Shown here piece after piece: positions 40,047-49,804 of a DNA stretch of 64,000 nt (within the stretch, counting starts at the first letter, position 1; each line of letters starts with the position of its first letter). The stretch spans positions 504 through 64,503 of the forward strand of contig CAIJNK010000011.1 of NCBI GenBank assembly GCA_903822075.1, read 5' to 3'. A program made the position numbers and the translations under genes. The DNA is from an uncultured bacterium (GTDB taxonomy: Bacteria > Patescibacteriota > Minisyncoccia > Phycocordibacterales > GWA1-40-21). The notes beneath the pieces are model-generated. The model was not told where the DNA came from. It worked only from the letters and a program-made list of their open reading frames with translations, and searched no databases.

Positions 40047-41042
40047 TTATGTCACTATGTCCCGCTCGTGGAAGGTACCATTCAGATGATCCTCTTCCAA
40101 TGACAAGGACTGGAACGACTTGGGATGCTCCAAGTTGAACTCGGCCACATGGCGCCGGTGATTGGGGTTGAACCCCGTATCCAGCACCTGTTTCATCAGA
40201 GCCCCAAACTCGGCGGTCTTCTTGACCTCCGTGGACATCGCATGCTTATCAAGCGGTATGTCCATAACGATCCGTGACCCCGAGAGTTTACTTCCGTCAT
40301 CCTGGTCTGATGTCCAGTACTGCGACAAGACGAGTAGACGTGAAGACAGGAAGACCGCTTCCTCCAAATCATGAGTGACAAAGATGACCGTCATCTTATG
40401 TTCCTCCCACAACTGTGAAATCAGCACCTGCATATCTTCACGCGTTCCCGGATCCAGTGCCCCAAACGGCTCGTCCATACATAACACCTTCGGCATGCCG
40501 AACATGTCAATCGTGACGAGGGTTTGAGCGATGGCCACCCGCTGCCGCATTCCGCCGGAAAGTTCCTGCGGATATTTATTTGCGGCGTCGGCCAGGCGCA
40601 TACGTTCCAGATATTTCATCGTGATCAGGTTGGCTTCCCGACGCCACTTTGGACGCCAGAGGTCATGGAGGTCCGCTTGGAACTCCAATCCCAGCCGAAC
40701 GTTTTTGGCCACCGTCAGATTCGGCAGCAGGGTGTATTGTTGAAACACCACCCCGCGTTGCTTATCCGGGAAACCGACCGGCCGACTAAAGACGTCGAAG
40801 TGCTTGGCCTGCTGGACCCTCTCTTGTCCAGTGATGAGCCTCAAGAGTGTGGACTTGCCACAACCCGAAGGTCCCACCAGACAAATGAATTCACCAGACT
40901 CCGACAGCAAATCGATATTCGTCAGCACCCGTTTGGTTCGGCCCGTTTCCGTATCCGGATAACCGTGATACGCGCTCTCGATGTGCAGAGCTTCCTCCCC
41001 GGTGATAACCGGTTTTGCTTTTACGCCATTTGTTCCGTTCAC
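40047..41042 (-). CDS. ABC transporter ATP-binding protein (NitT/TauT family) with C-terminal extension
   Basis: Walker A LVGPSGCGKST, signature LSGGMRQRVAIAQTL, Walker B LCMDEPFGALD, H-loop. Start set to GTG preceded by AAGGAG, 10 nt after the permease stop; the track ORF extends further to 41150. About 100-aa C-terminal extra domain. Confidence 0.8.
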   Translation of the reverse strand: MNGTNGVKAKPVITGEEALHIESAYHGYPDTETGRTKRVLTNIDLLSESGEFICLVGPSGCGKSTLLRLITGQERVQQAKHFDVFSRPVGFPDKQRGVVFQQYTLLPNLTVAKNVRLGLEFQADLHDLWRPKWRREANLITMKYLERMRLADAANKYPQELSGGMRQRVAIAQTLVTIDMFGMPKVLCMDEPFGALDPGTREDMQVLISQLWEEHKMTVIFVTHDLEEAVFLSSRLLVLSQYWTSDQDDGSKLSGSRIVMDIPLDKHAMSTEVKKTAEFGALMKQVLDTGFNPNHRRHVAEFNLEHPKSFQSLSLEEDHLNGTFHERDIVT

Positions 41043-41052
41043 GTTTGTCTCC

Positions 41053-41892
41053 TTACTTGTCCTCGGGTTTGTACCAAGGGAAACATTTTCGGCGAATGAT
41101 CTGTAACACCAGGTCCATGCTATACGCAATGGCTGAGATGTACAGTACATACGGGATGATCAGAGACATGTTCATGTATCGCTGTTGCAAGTAGATGCGA
41201 TAACCCAACCCTTCGGTCGAGGCCACCGCTTCCGCCGCAATAACGAATATCCAAACCTGTCCCAAATTTACCCGCACCAACTCAATCAACTGGGGCAGTA
41301 TCTGTGGAGACACTACCCGAACGACAATCTGCGATTGCGACGCCCCGAGAGTTTGTGCCTTGACGATCAACTCGTTTGGCACTTTCTCCACGGCTTGTTG
41401 GATGCTCCGCACTAACGGTATGCCGACACCGAATACAATGAGGAAGATTTTCGATCCCTCACCGATCCCCATAAAAACCAAGATGATTACCAAAATGGCT
41501 AATGGATTGATGTTCGAACACAACGTTAAGATGGGTGTAAAAATGGATTTGGCACTGGGGAACACCCCAATAACCATACCCAGAATATAACCCAGCACGG
41601 CCGACACCCCAACACCAATGCCTAAACGGCAAAGGCTCGATTTAGTATCCGTCCAAAACAAGACTTGCTCAGTTCGTTTATCTGGAACCGTAGCTATCTC
41701 CTTCATGGACTCATACATCTGCGACGCTCCAGGCATGAGCTTGTCCTGCGGATTATCCACGTGCCGAATGTACGACGCCGTAAAATATCCGCCAATCAAG
41801 AGGACCAGAGGCAAAAGCCCCAGCACCCTCGAGAACACCGGCCCTGGTCGGGCATTGATGCCCCAAAACATTGGAATTCTAACCTTTTTCAC
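41053..41892 (-). CDS. ABC transporter permease (NitT/TauT family)
   Basis: 279 aa; 6 TM helices, EAA-like loop. Confidence 0.75.
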   Translation of the reverse strand: MKKVRIPMFWGINARPGPVFSRVLGLLPLVLLIGGYFTASYIRHVDNPQDKLMPGASQMYESMKEIATVPDKRTEQVLFWTDTKSSLCRLGIGVGVSAVLGYILGMVIGVFPSAKSIFTPILTLCSNINPLAILVIILVFMGIGEGSKIFLIVFGVGIPLVRSIQQAVEKVPNELIVKAQTLGASQSQIVVRVVSPQILPQLIELVRVNLGQVWIFVIAAEAVASTEGLGYRIYLQQRYMNMSLIIPYVLYISAIAYSMDLVLQIIRRKCFPWYKPEDK

Positions 41893-41955
41893 GCTATTTT
41901 CTCCCTTCCTTTCATACTTCTGACAAAGTGCCCCTACCCTAAATATCTCAATACA

Positions 41956-41983
41956 TTATACACAAAAATTACTTCTTGTCAAG
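41956..41983 (-). promoter_or_regulatory. sigma70-like promoter for the permease-ATPase unit
   Basis: Minus strand TTGACA-16 nt-TATAAT. Confidence 0.45.
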
Positions 41984-41994
41984 GACTCAGGCAT

Positions 41995-42025
41995 AAAAAA
42001 GCTCCCCCGTTTTCTTGGGGGGAGC
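41995..42025 (-). terminator. intrinsic terminator after the substrate-binding protein gene
   Basis: GCTCCCCCC-GTTTTCTT-GGGGGGAGC with A-run before it on the plus strand (T-run after it on the minus strand). Confidence 0.55.
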
Positions 42026-42053
42026 TTACGCTCGAACTTGAGCAGAAGGGCTC

Positions 42054-43130
42054 TTAGAGCTTACCTTCGGCTGCCGCTTTCATGTAGGTTGTGGTGTACG
42101 TGATTTTCACGTTCTTGGGATCACCCAGAACGGTTGCGTCCGGGAACTTGATACCGATCAGATCGGCGCTCTTCGCTCCCTGGCCCAGAAGACCCTGCGC
42201 AAAGCAGAAGTCCATCACTTGCCGACACGCTGTCTTATTCTCCGGGCTGGCCGCAAACGTTGCGCCGTCCTTGGGAGAGTAATACATAAATGTCGTCTTG
42301 AGTTGGGCCTTGAACTCAGCCACTGTGCCACCGGCAAACTTCGCCATGGCTTCAATCGCTTTGTCCGTCTGACTGCCCTGACCATTCATGACTGCCATCG
42401 TCTCGTACCAGGCGCCGACCAAGGCTTTCTTGACCGCTTCCGGCGCATCCTTCCGAATCACCATCAAATCCTGAATTTCTCCAGGGATCTCTGATGAGTC
42501 AAAGACCAAGGTGACATTCGGCAGATTACGGATGTTCATGAGTATTGGGTTCCAGGTGACACACGCCCCTTTGGAACCGGAACTCGCGAAGGTCGCGCCG
42601 ATATTTGCATCAGAAGTGTTAACTTCCTTTACATCGGAATTCTTCATTCCATGTTTCTGCAAACCACGCGACAAAGCGTAACTCGAAACGGAACCCTGAA
42701 CGATAAGTACGTCGCGGCCTTTGATGTCGGTGAATTTCTTTCCGTTCATCAGACCGACGCCGTCATTACCATTACTGTAATCGCCGACCACTTCCACCTC
42801 CGAATCCACTCCACCGACGGCGGGCATGTCCAGCGCATCCATGATAGTCATGGCGCACCCGACGGCTTCACCGGAGGTGTACTGATTGATCGAAGTGACG
42901 TAGTCATTGATGAGCACAACGTCGATCTTGACGCCGAGCTTGTCCGCCCATTTCTTCATGATGCCGGAGTCCACCATATACTGATAGGGCTCCCAGCCCG
43001 TGTAGTGGGACCAGACGTACCGATAGGTCTTGTCCGTCGACGCTTGCTTGTCTGCCGCAACGGCAGGACTCGTAAACACCGACGCCAGAACCGCCAAACC
43101 AACCACGCACAATGTAATGACTTTCTTCAT
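42054..43130 (-). CDS. ABC transporter substrate-binding protein (NMT1/SsuA/TauA-like)
   Basis: 358 aa; signal peptide (ASVFTSPAVAADK); NMT1/THI5-like periplasmic binding fold features. Confidence 0.65.
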   Translation of the reverse strand: MKKVITLCVVGLAVLASVFTSPAVAADKQASTDKTYRYVWSHYTGWEPYQYMVDSGIMKKWADKLGVKIDVVLINDYVTSINQYTSGEAVGCAMTIMDALDMPAVGGVDSEVEVVGDYSNGNDGVGLMNGKKFTDIKGRDVLIVQGSVSSYALSRGLQKHGMKNSDVKEVNTSDANIGATFASSGSKGACVTWNPILMNIRNLPNVTLVFDSSEIPGEIQDLMVIRKDAPEAVKKALVGAWYETMAVMNGQGSQTDKAIEAMAKFAGGTVAEFKAQLKTTFMYYSPKDGATFAASPENKTACRQVMDFCFAQGLLGQGAKSADLIGIKFPDATVLGDPKNVKITYTTTYMKAAAEGKL

Positions 43131-43259
43131 GACGAACTACTCCTTTTCTTTTGCTTCTTTTTCTGCGTTACGTTTTACCTCGGGGAGCAACCCTGTGCTC
43201 CCCGAGGCCTTTCTCTGTTCCTTTTTCTTTCTTTTCTCTGTCTCCCCACGTACCACGGT

Positions 43260-44477
43260 TTAGGCCGCGGCCGTCGTCGGCTCGAGGTCGAGGGTGATCG
43301 CCGGACGTTTCGCGTTACCGCGTTCCATCCGTTCAATCTTCTTTTCGGCCTCATCCGCCATCCGCTTCATCTCCACCATCCGCTGCGCCATCTGAGGCAG
43401 AGCGTCCTGTTTGAACTTGGCCATCTGTTCGAAGGCCGAGTCCAGATCGGCATAAACCGACTTCAATGCTTCCATACTGATGGACTGGGTGGCGGACATC
43501 TTGAAAATTTCCGCTCCCTGAGTCTTGAGCTGCCGCGCGTTTTGCACCATGAGCTCCGCAGTGGTCTGATCCACCGCCTGAACCGAGCGCAAAACCATCC
43601 GCTGTTTCGCCAAGGCCATAGCCAAGACGACAGCGATTTCCAGCGCTCTGACCGTAATGGTCTCGCACCGCTTAGCGCCACGGATAAGCTCACGATTCGT
43701 CCGAATCGCAAACTCATACGACATGACACCCTGCTGGTTGACGGTCAGATTCTGCTGCAGGTCACCGATCCGCTGACGCAAGGTGAAGAGAATTTCTTCC
43801 TCCATAAACTTGCGCTGCTCACTGCCCGCTTCCATCTTCTCGATGGCGGCGGAGAGTTTCTCGTTGACCAACATGAGCGTCTGGATGACTTTCTGCAACC
43901 GCAGAATTTCCGAACGCATCACGATCTGGTCAGCCCGCAAGGTCTCATTGTCTCGCAACAATTCCTTGGCGCCTTCCCGGATCTGCATGACGATCGAATC
44001 AATCACCCCACCCGCGCTTTGCCACCTGGTGAAGTACGAGTTCATGGTCGTGCCCACGCCTGGAATCCAAGCAAAGGCCCTTCCAACGCCGCCCGGCTCC
44101 AAGAGCTTGTAGCGGTTCGGATTGATTTTGTCCACGTTGACCTTCAGGTCAATCAGGGACTTGGCCACCGAGCTGCCTTCCGGCTGGGAAGCCAGAACGC
44201 GGATCTGATCCTTGAGCAAACCGCTCTTGCGCGCCAAGGTTTCTTCAACATTGGCACCGGCATTCTCGACGGCGGTCCGGACTTCCTGCTGATGTGCAGG
44301 ATCCGTAACATCACCGGTGAGAAGCGACGCAGTCCATTCATCGGCCATCTTGACGACGGCTGGATCAACCTGCTGTGACGCAAGCTGATTGGCGCCCACA
44401 AAACCAAGATCACTCTGGATCTGGCTGGCCTGCGGAACCGCTAACGGCTTCGTGTCTTCCTGAACTTGAACTGGCAT
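43260..44477 (-). CDS. telA: toxic anion resistance protein, TelA family
   Basis: 405 aa; entirely alpha-helical/coiled-coil. Sequence pattern and length match the TelA/KlaA/YaaN family, supported by the adjacent XpaC-like gene. Confidence 0.7.
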   Translation of the reverse strand: MPVQVQEDTKPLAVPQASQIQSDLGFVGANQLASQQVDPAVVKMADEWTASLLTGDVTDPAHQQEVRTAVENAGANVEETLARKSGLLKDQIRVLASQPEGSSVAKSLIDLKVNVDKINPNRYKLLEPGGVGRAFAWIPGVGTTMNSYFTRWQSAGGVIDSIVMQIREGAKELLRDNETLRADQIVMRSEILRLQKVIQTLMLVNEKLSAAIEKMEAGSEQRKFMEEEILFTLRQRIGDLQQNLTVNQQGVMSYEFAIRTNRELIRGAKRCETITVRALEIAVVLAMALAKQRMVLRSVQAVDQTTAELMVQNARQLKTQGAEIFKMSATQSISMEALKSVYADLDSAFEQMAKFKQDALPQMAQRMVEMKRMADEAEKKIERMERGNAKRPAITLDLEPTTAAA

Positions 44478-44512
44478 GATACTGTCTCCTTTTTTTCTTA
44501 CGTTTGTTTTCG

Positions 44513-45367
44513 TTACACGGACAAGGTCAGGGACTTCCCCTGGCCGGTGCGTGCCCTCTCAATCAGAGTCACCAACTCACCCATCGCCGAATCCAGATTA
44601 CCCGAAGCCGCTGAGGACTTTGTCCCGCGGATACTGGTAGCCGCTCTTCCCGCCGCATCGATCGCCGTCAGAGCCTGCTCGTTTTGAGCGAGTAAGGCAT
44701 CAACTTCAACCACACTTTCATCAAAGAGCCGCGCTCTTTCCTGAAGTGCCTTTAAAGTTATTGTATCTGACTGCCGAGGAGCTTGAAGAGCTTGGAGGGC
44801 TTTTATCCGCCCCTCCAAATCCTGACGATCAATATCGTCCATATTCGTCAGGATGGTAACGATGCGGTTCAAGTTTTCCAGTCCGGAGTTATAGACTTGC
44901 TCGGCCGTTACTTTATAACGACTGAAGGTCATCTCCGTCACCGAAAGAACCCGTTCGAGCACCGCCAACAGATTTTGAAACTTCTCTTCAAACTGGGGTA
45001 CTTGATCGTAACCCTGTTTGCATTTCAGTTTCTTCAAATCCGTACCGAGCGTGGCGAGCTTTTTCTCCTTCATGATTTCAAACTGTTCGTGGAGTTTCGC
45101 GTAATGCTGTTGCATATACTCGTCCTTCCCGCCGAAAAATTTGAGTGCCCAATTGGTGGCGCCGAATCCGACACCGCCAACGGCAATGATTCCAATAAGC
45201 AAGGCCGAGGCTGGGGAAAAAACTCCCACCGCCACAGCGCCTACTGTCCCTATGGCTAGTGGCCACAAGGTCAAAGGATGCTGAAGCGTTTCGGCTAAAG
45301 CATCTTTTCGGACCGCCCCGTCGCTGAAATCCAGCTCACTTGGGCCGCCCTCTGGAGTTTTCTTCAT
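44513..45367 (-). CDS. XpaC-like membrane protein (5-bromo-4-chloroindolyl phosphate hydrolysis protein family)
   Basis: 284 aa; two N-terminal TM helices then coiled-coil. Classic partner of TelA-like (YaaN) genes. Confidence 0.5.
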   Translation of the reverse strand: MKKTPEGGPSELDFSDGAVRKDALAETLQHPLTLWPLAIGTVGAVAVGVFSPASALLIGIIAVGGVGFGATNWALKFFGGKDEYMQQHYAKLHEQFEIMKEKKLATLGTDLKKLKCKQGYDQVPQFEEKFQNLLAVLERVLSVTEMTFSRYKVTAEQVYNSGLENLNRIVTILTNMDDIDRQDLEGRIKALQALQAPRQSDTITLKALQERARLFDESVVEVDALLAQNEQALTAIDAAGRAATSIRGTKSSAASGNLDSAMGELVTLIERARTGQGKSLTLSV

Positions 45368-45439
45368 GAATTATCCTTTCATTTACACTGTATTTCCTAC
45401 ATGAACGTCAAAGACCATTCATACTTTTTCTACCAGACA

Positions 45440-45467
45440 GTATACACGAAATATTAAAATTGTCAAG
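45440..45467 (-). promoter_or_regulatory. sigma70-like promoter (TTGACA-16-TATACT) for the XpaC-like gene
   Basis: Minus strand TTGACAATTTTAATATTTCGTGTATACT; near-identical to the element at 51687..51715. Confidence 0.5.
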
Positions 45468-45481
45468 TCTTTCCAAGCATT

Positions 45482-45518
45482 AAAAAATACCGTACTCCCC
45501 TCGTGGAAAGTACGGTAT
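45482..45518 (-). terminator. intrinsic terminator after the AAA+ ATPase gene
   Basis: ATACCGTAC-loop-GTACGGTAT with A5 before it on the plus strand. Confidence 0.55.
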
Positions 45519-45541
45519 TAGACCTCGTAATCAGGCTCTCT

Positions 45542-47164
45542 TTACCCCCTGACTTGGGTTTGTTTTTCGGCCGATAGGATCTGGTCCGCAAAGTTCGTGG
45601 TGAAGTCCCGAAGAGCTTCCGCATGATCATAGACCAAATTCTGTTTGTAGATTTTTGTCACCGCACTTACGACATCCGCCACGGTAACATTGTCAACCGG
45701 CACCTTATTCACCAGATCCCTCGTGAGAGCCAGCTCCTTGGCTTCCTCCGCTATCGCCGGGATCATGGCCCCGCTCACAATATCCGCCAAAGTGAAGAGC
45801 GTATCCTGGTCCGAGTCTCGGCGGTGAATTTTGTAAATCACCTTGTCAGGCGAAAACAAATTATCCACCACCGCTTTTGACAACTCATCCAAAGTTCCGC
45901 TAATCGGCACTCCGCGCATATTGTGCTCGAAGATTTGCTTGACCGCCAGTTGATCCGGTCGGCCAATCACAATCCCTTTGTCAAACCGCCCTGGCCGCGT
46001 AATCGCAAAATCCAGAATCTCCGGTTTGTTCGTGGCGGCAATGACCAGTGCTCCGCACTCAATCACGCCATCCATCTCTGTCAGGATTGCCGGCACTATC
46101 GTCTTCAAGACATCACTGCTGATGCCCCCTTCACGCTTGGCCATAACAGCCTCGCACTCATCGAAGAAGATAACCGCCGGAACGCCGTACTTTTCTTTGT
46201 ACTTGCGGGCTCGCGCAAAAACGTGACGAATGTAGGCTTCCCCCACCCCCACGAATTTGTCCAGAAATTCTGGACCGCGAACCAGGATGAAACCCTGCGC
46301 CGGATTTATCCCCTTGGCCTGACAGCGCTTCACAATGGAAGCATAGACCGCCTTGCCGAACATAGTCTTGCTGCAACCCGGAGGTCCGGACAACAAAATT
46401 CCTTTCGGCGGCTTTTTGCTGTAACGGGCATAGTGACTCGGGTGATCCATGATCCCCTCAACTGCTTCCTGCAGTTCCCGCTTGGGTCCGGCTTGGCCAA
46501 AGATATCATCCCAGGTGACCAGGTTTTCTGTCTGGCCAACCGCGAACGATCCATCTTCCAATCCGAAGTTTTGAATGATCACCGACAGACTGGCATCCAG
46601 GACTACCCGGCCGTTGACTTCCAACTGCCCGGCAAACTTCCCGGTTGAAACAGTCCGCAAACCGCTCTGCGCTTGCACGACGGCAAACTCTTTGGCGATA
46701 AGCTGAGTGACAAACACCACCTCGCCGGACGGATTAGCAGATTCCGTGGCAATAACCTTGAAAGTCCTCGGTTCCAACTTCAGAATGTCCCCCGGGGAAA
46801 CCTTGAAATTATTCACCGGCACTTCCATTGTCTGTCCGCTGACATTCACGACGGCCGAGGAAAACGCTTCCACACCGTCAAGCTCCAGATCGCAGGCACC
46901 ATCATCAATATCGGGATTACCGATACGGTAGCGCTGCCTGACTTCTGCCGCCCGGCCGTTAATCGGACCAAACGACACTATGACCCAGCCCGGCAATTTG
47001 GGATCCGGACCAAGAACGGTTCCCGAATCTTTCGGCGCCAGGGCATAGTACTTACTGCCGGACTGGACTCGAACCACTGCTCCTTCCGCCGACAAAACTT
47101 CCGGTGTGGCTTCCTTCTTCTGTTGGAGCAACCGCAAAATAGTTGCGTGTATCAAAGCGCTCAT
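45542..47164 (-). CDS. AAA+ ATPase (classic AAA family) with ~250-aa N-terminal domain
   Basis: 540 aa; Walker A GPPGCSKT, Walker B IIFFDECEA, SRH (ATNKPEILDFAITRPGRFDKGIVIGRPD). Confidence 0.8.
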   Translation of the reverse strand: MSALIHATILRLLQQKKEATPEVLSAEGAVVRVQSGSKYYALAPKDSGTVLGPDPKLPGWVIVSFGPINGRAAEVRQRYRIGNPDIDDGACDLELDGVEAFSSAVVNVSGQTMEVPVNNFKVSPGDILKLEPRTFKVIATESANPSGEVVFVTQLIAKEFAVVQAQSGLRTVSTGKFAGQLEVNGRVVLDASLSVIIQNFGLEDGSFAVGQTENLVTWDDIFGQAGPKRELQEAVEGIMDHPSHYARYSKKPPKGILLSGPPGCSKTMFGKAVYASIVKRCQAKGINPAQGFILVRGPEFLDKFVGVGEAYIRHVFARARKYKEKYGVPAVIFFDECEAVMAKREGGISSDVLKTIVPAILTEMDGVIECGALVIAATNKPEILDFAITRPGRFDKGIVIGRPDQLAVKQIFEHNMRGVPISGTLDELSKAVVDNLFSPDKVIYKIHRRDSDQDTLFTLADIVSGAMIPAIAEEAKELALTRDLVNKVPVDNVTVADVVSAVTKIYKQNLVYDHAEALRDFTTNFADQILSAEKQTQVRG

Positions 47165-47224
47165 AGTCTTTACCCTTTCTTATAACTGACTGACACGAGT
47201 TCATCTCAAAAAACTTCTGCCATA

Positions 47225-47256
47225 TGTATAGCATTTATTATTGAAAAAGTCAAGAC
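47225..47256 (-). promoter_or_regulatory. sigma70-like promoter (TTGACTTTT-N-ATGCTATACA) for the AAA+ ATPase gene
   Basis: Minus strand TTGACTTTTTCAATAATAAATGCTATACA. Confidence 0.5.
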
Positions 47257-47354
47257 TAAATTTTTTATTAAAAAATGCCCAAATATGTAATAAAAGAACC
47301 CGTCCTGCCATCACAGCAAAACGGGTTCGCACTAACAACTTCAGACACGAAACC

Positions 47355-48926
47355 TCAGAAGGTTTCTTCCAGCAGAGATATCTGCACTCGAGGCAAACGA
47401 TAACCGTAAGCGCGATCCGATTCGTCTCTCTCCCGTGGCAGAGGTTTCTCTCCCCCATAACCCACGGATTTGATCCGATTCTCATCTAGGCTGTAAGTCA
47501 CCGTCAGATACCGTGCTACTGCTTCCGCTCGCTGTTGCGAGAGATTCTTGTTGGCATCAGGGTCACCGGAAAGTGACGTATGTCCACCAACCAAAATCCG
47601 AAACGATGGATAGTGTTTCAGCCTTTCCATGGCCGTATCCAACTTTTCCTTCTGCTCCACATCCAGATTGGCCAAACCGGTCTGAAAGACGATCGGCTCC
47701 ACCCGGATGCTACCCACAGCATGCAGTTTGTCCCACTGAGCATCGCTCAACGGTTTAAAACTATGTGCCAAGGCGGCTGTAGCATTTGTTCCTCCAGGAC
47801 TGACCAAGGCCGCAAATCCGTTCTGGATTCCGTTCTTGTAGATTTCCTGAATAAACTGACTATTCATGATCCGGTAAGGATCCTTATCTGGCAGTGGGTT
47901 ACTCTTAAAGTCCCCACTCTCAACCAGAATCGAAACCGTTGAATCAATCGTGTCTACCAGTCCTTGCTCGGCCACCTGACCCGGCCCCGACAAACCAAAC
48001 CACGAGTGACAGTTTTCGCTCAGATTCACCCAAGCGACGCCATCAAGCATTTTCTGGATCGAATCATCCGTGAGCTTAAGCTCGGTATGGATATCCTTCT
48101 TCAGCTCTTCCTGCTCGTCAGTGTAAAACTTCAAAGTTCGGAAGTAGGTCCGCAGTAGGAAATCCACACGCTCGGGATACTTGCTCGCGAACTCGCGGTT
48201 CACGACCAGAATATCCACGATCACCTTGCTCATGCTCTCCGTGCCAATGATCCGACCGACACCAGGGATCTGCAACGCTTTTGACACGTTTGGTTCCCAC
48301 AGGACGGCCACCCGCACTTTCTTGTCCCGGAGCAAGCCCAACGCTTCCTGCGAATCTTTGGTTTTCACTCGCTGTCTTTCGGGTAAATTTTTCAACCCTG
48401 GGACGTTAAAGTGAACCGGCAACGCTTTGAGCAAATGCTCACTCGGCGAACCGGAAGTGTAACCAATGGATCCGTTAAACCCATCCTGAAATGAATCCAG
48501 GTTTTTGACGAGGTTGGTGTAAGCCACCATCGCGTCATCACCTTTTGATTCATCCAGAACGGCAATGATCGTTCCGGGAAAATCCACCGGCACAGCGTTC
48601 AGAATGTACGAGTCCACGGTCACAACCGCAAAATCGTACTTCCCTTCTTTGAGAGCTTGCATCCGAGCCGGATAATCGGCACCGTCATTAACGCCGTCCA
48701 GGATGTAGCCTTCACTCCGCGCAAACTTTTTCATGCGCGAAGAAATTAGCGGATAGTACCCGATCCAATCGTCGTAGGCAATTGTGATCTTGCCTTTGAC
48801 ATCCTTGGCATCACTCGTCGCCACCTGCACTTTCTTATGCAGGACTGGTAACAAGTATTTCACTGCCGGAATAACCAGCACCGCCAGGATGATGAACCCA
48901 ACCACCAACATGGTATTCTTCTTCAC
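47355..48926 (-). CDS. OmpA-domain protein with N-terminal periplasmic-binding-protein-like domains
   Basis: Start set to GTG after GGAGAG (MKKNTMLVVGFIILAVL...); the track ORF starts earlier at 49004, upstream of the predicted promoter. TM anchor, PBP-like region, C-terminal OmpA-like domain (ILVGGHTSLSGDPDANKNLSQQRAEAVARYL). Confidence 0.6.
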   Translation of the reverse strand: MKKNTMLVVGFIILAVLVIPAVKYLLPVLHKKVQVATSDAKDVKGKITIAYDDWIGYYPLISSRMKKFARSEGYILDGVNDGADYPARMQALKEGKYDFAVVTVDSYILNAVPVDFPGTIIAVLDESKGDDAMVAYTNLVKNLDSFQDGFNGSIGYTSGSPSEHLLKALPVHFNVPGLKNLPERQRVKTKDSQEALGLLRDKKVRVAVLWEPNVSKALQIPGVGRIIGTESMSKVIVDILVVNREFASKYPERVDFLLRTYFRTLKFYTDEQEELKKDIHTELKLTDDSIQKMLDGVAWVNLSENCHSWFGLSGPGQVAEQGLVDTIDSTVSILVESGDFKSNPLPDKDPYRIMNSQFIQEIYKNGIQNGFAALVSPGGTNATAALAHSFKPLSDAQWDKLHAVGSIRVEPIVFQTGLANLDVEQKEKLDTAMERLKHYPSFRILVGGHTSLSGDPDANKNLSQQRAEAVARYLTVTYSLDENRIKSVGYGGEKPLPRERDESDRAYGYRLPRVQISLLEETF

Positions 48927-48996
48927 GATTCTCTCCTTTTCTTCTGCTTTTTCTTCAGTCAAAGACCACTTCAACCACCAAAAAAATCTGGTGCAA

Positions 48997-49026
48997 GTAT
49001 ACACCCTTATTAAAGTTTTGTCAAGA
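48997..49026 (-). promoter_or_regulatory. sigma70-like promoter for 47355..48926
   Basis: Minus strand TTGACA-17 nt-TATACT. Confidence 0.45.
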
Positions 49027-49030
49027 CAAT

Positions 49031-49060
49031 AAAAAACCCCGCCAGCACATGCTAGCGGGG
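49031..49060 (-). terminator. intrinsic terminator after the vWA gene
   Basis: AAAAAACCCCGCCAGC-ACAT-GCTAGCGGGGCTC; same AAAACCCC...GGGGCTC skeleton as the cassette terminators at 14.7 and 15.85 kb. Confidence 0.55.
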
Positions 49061-49084
49061 CTCGACTTCACCTCATCATAGAAC

Positions 49085-49804
49085 TCAGTACGTGTCGGCT
49101 TCGGCCATCACACTCTGCAACCCTTCCTCCAGATCCTTCGGACTCTGTGCGTCCTTGTAGATCGTTCGGCCGGGTTGGTTTAATGAATGCTCTGGCCCTA
49201 TCTCGAAACCGATGGTATGAATCACCACCGGCGATTCTCGGAGAATCAGGTTCACCATGTCGGTGGGGTCGTAGCCCATATTGGCCTCCCCGTCCGTCAC
49301 GATCACCAGATGATATTCTCCGTAGCCGAGCTGCCGCCGAGCTTGTGCTTTCAACGACTCGTAACCGATCTTTACAGCCTCCGACAGAGGTGTCCCTCCG
49401 TCAGCCGAAGCCGCATTGACCACCGCAAAGAATTCCTTGCGGTTGTTAACTCCGAGCGGCAACCGCTCAGACAGGCCGTGACCATCAAAGATAGCCAAGC
49501 CCAGACCGGTGTCCTCCGGTATTGATTTGCCGAACTGATTGATGGCCTCTTTGGCCGCCGCAATCTTCCGACCCACCATACTGCCCGAGCAGTCAAAGAT
49601 CAGGTAGATATTCTTGCGCAGAAGATTATCCTCGAGCTTAACGCCTTTGGTATCATCCGCCTTGATCCACGTATCCTTGATCCGCCCCACAGTCTGTTTG
49701 ACCGGAGCAATCGGCGCCGATGGACTTTCCACCGGCCCGCAACCGGCACTGGCGACAATCAGCGCCAAGCCGATCAAAACGAGTTGGCAGACTTTCTTCA
49801 TCAT
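49085..49804 (-). CDS. von Willebrand factor A domain lipoprotein
   Basis: 239 aa; signal peptide with lipobox (LIVASAGC), MIDAS motif DCSGSM, conserved Thr/Asp (VIVTDGEAN). Confidence 0.75.
   Translation of the reverse strand: MMKKVCQLVLIGLALIVASAGCGPVESPSAPIAPVKQTVGRIKDTWIKADDTKGVKLEDNLLRKNIYLIFDCSGSMVGRKIAAAKEAINQFGKSIPEDTGLGLAIFDGHGLSERLPLGVNNRKEFFAVVNAASADGGTPLSEAVKIGYESLKAQARRQLGYGEYHLVIVTDGEANMGYDPTDMVNLILRESPVVIHTIGFEIGPEHSLNQPGRTIYKDAQSPKDLEEGLQSVMAEADTY

Noticed and set aside
40047-41150. Upstream 36 codons of the ABC ATPase ORF
   Set aside because: Overlap the permease 3' end by ~98 nt. A GTG with AAGGAG SD directly after the permease stop is a better start.
42651-44378. 575-aa plus-strand ORF spanning the SBP/TelA region
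   Set aside because: Antisense to telA and the ABC substrate-binding gene. It is a typical long stop-free reverse frame of GC-rich coding DNA, with an Arg/Leu/His-rich low-complexity translation.
45923-46648. 241-aa plus-strand ORF
   Set aside because: Antisense to the AAA+ ATPase gene.
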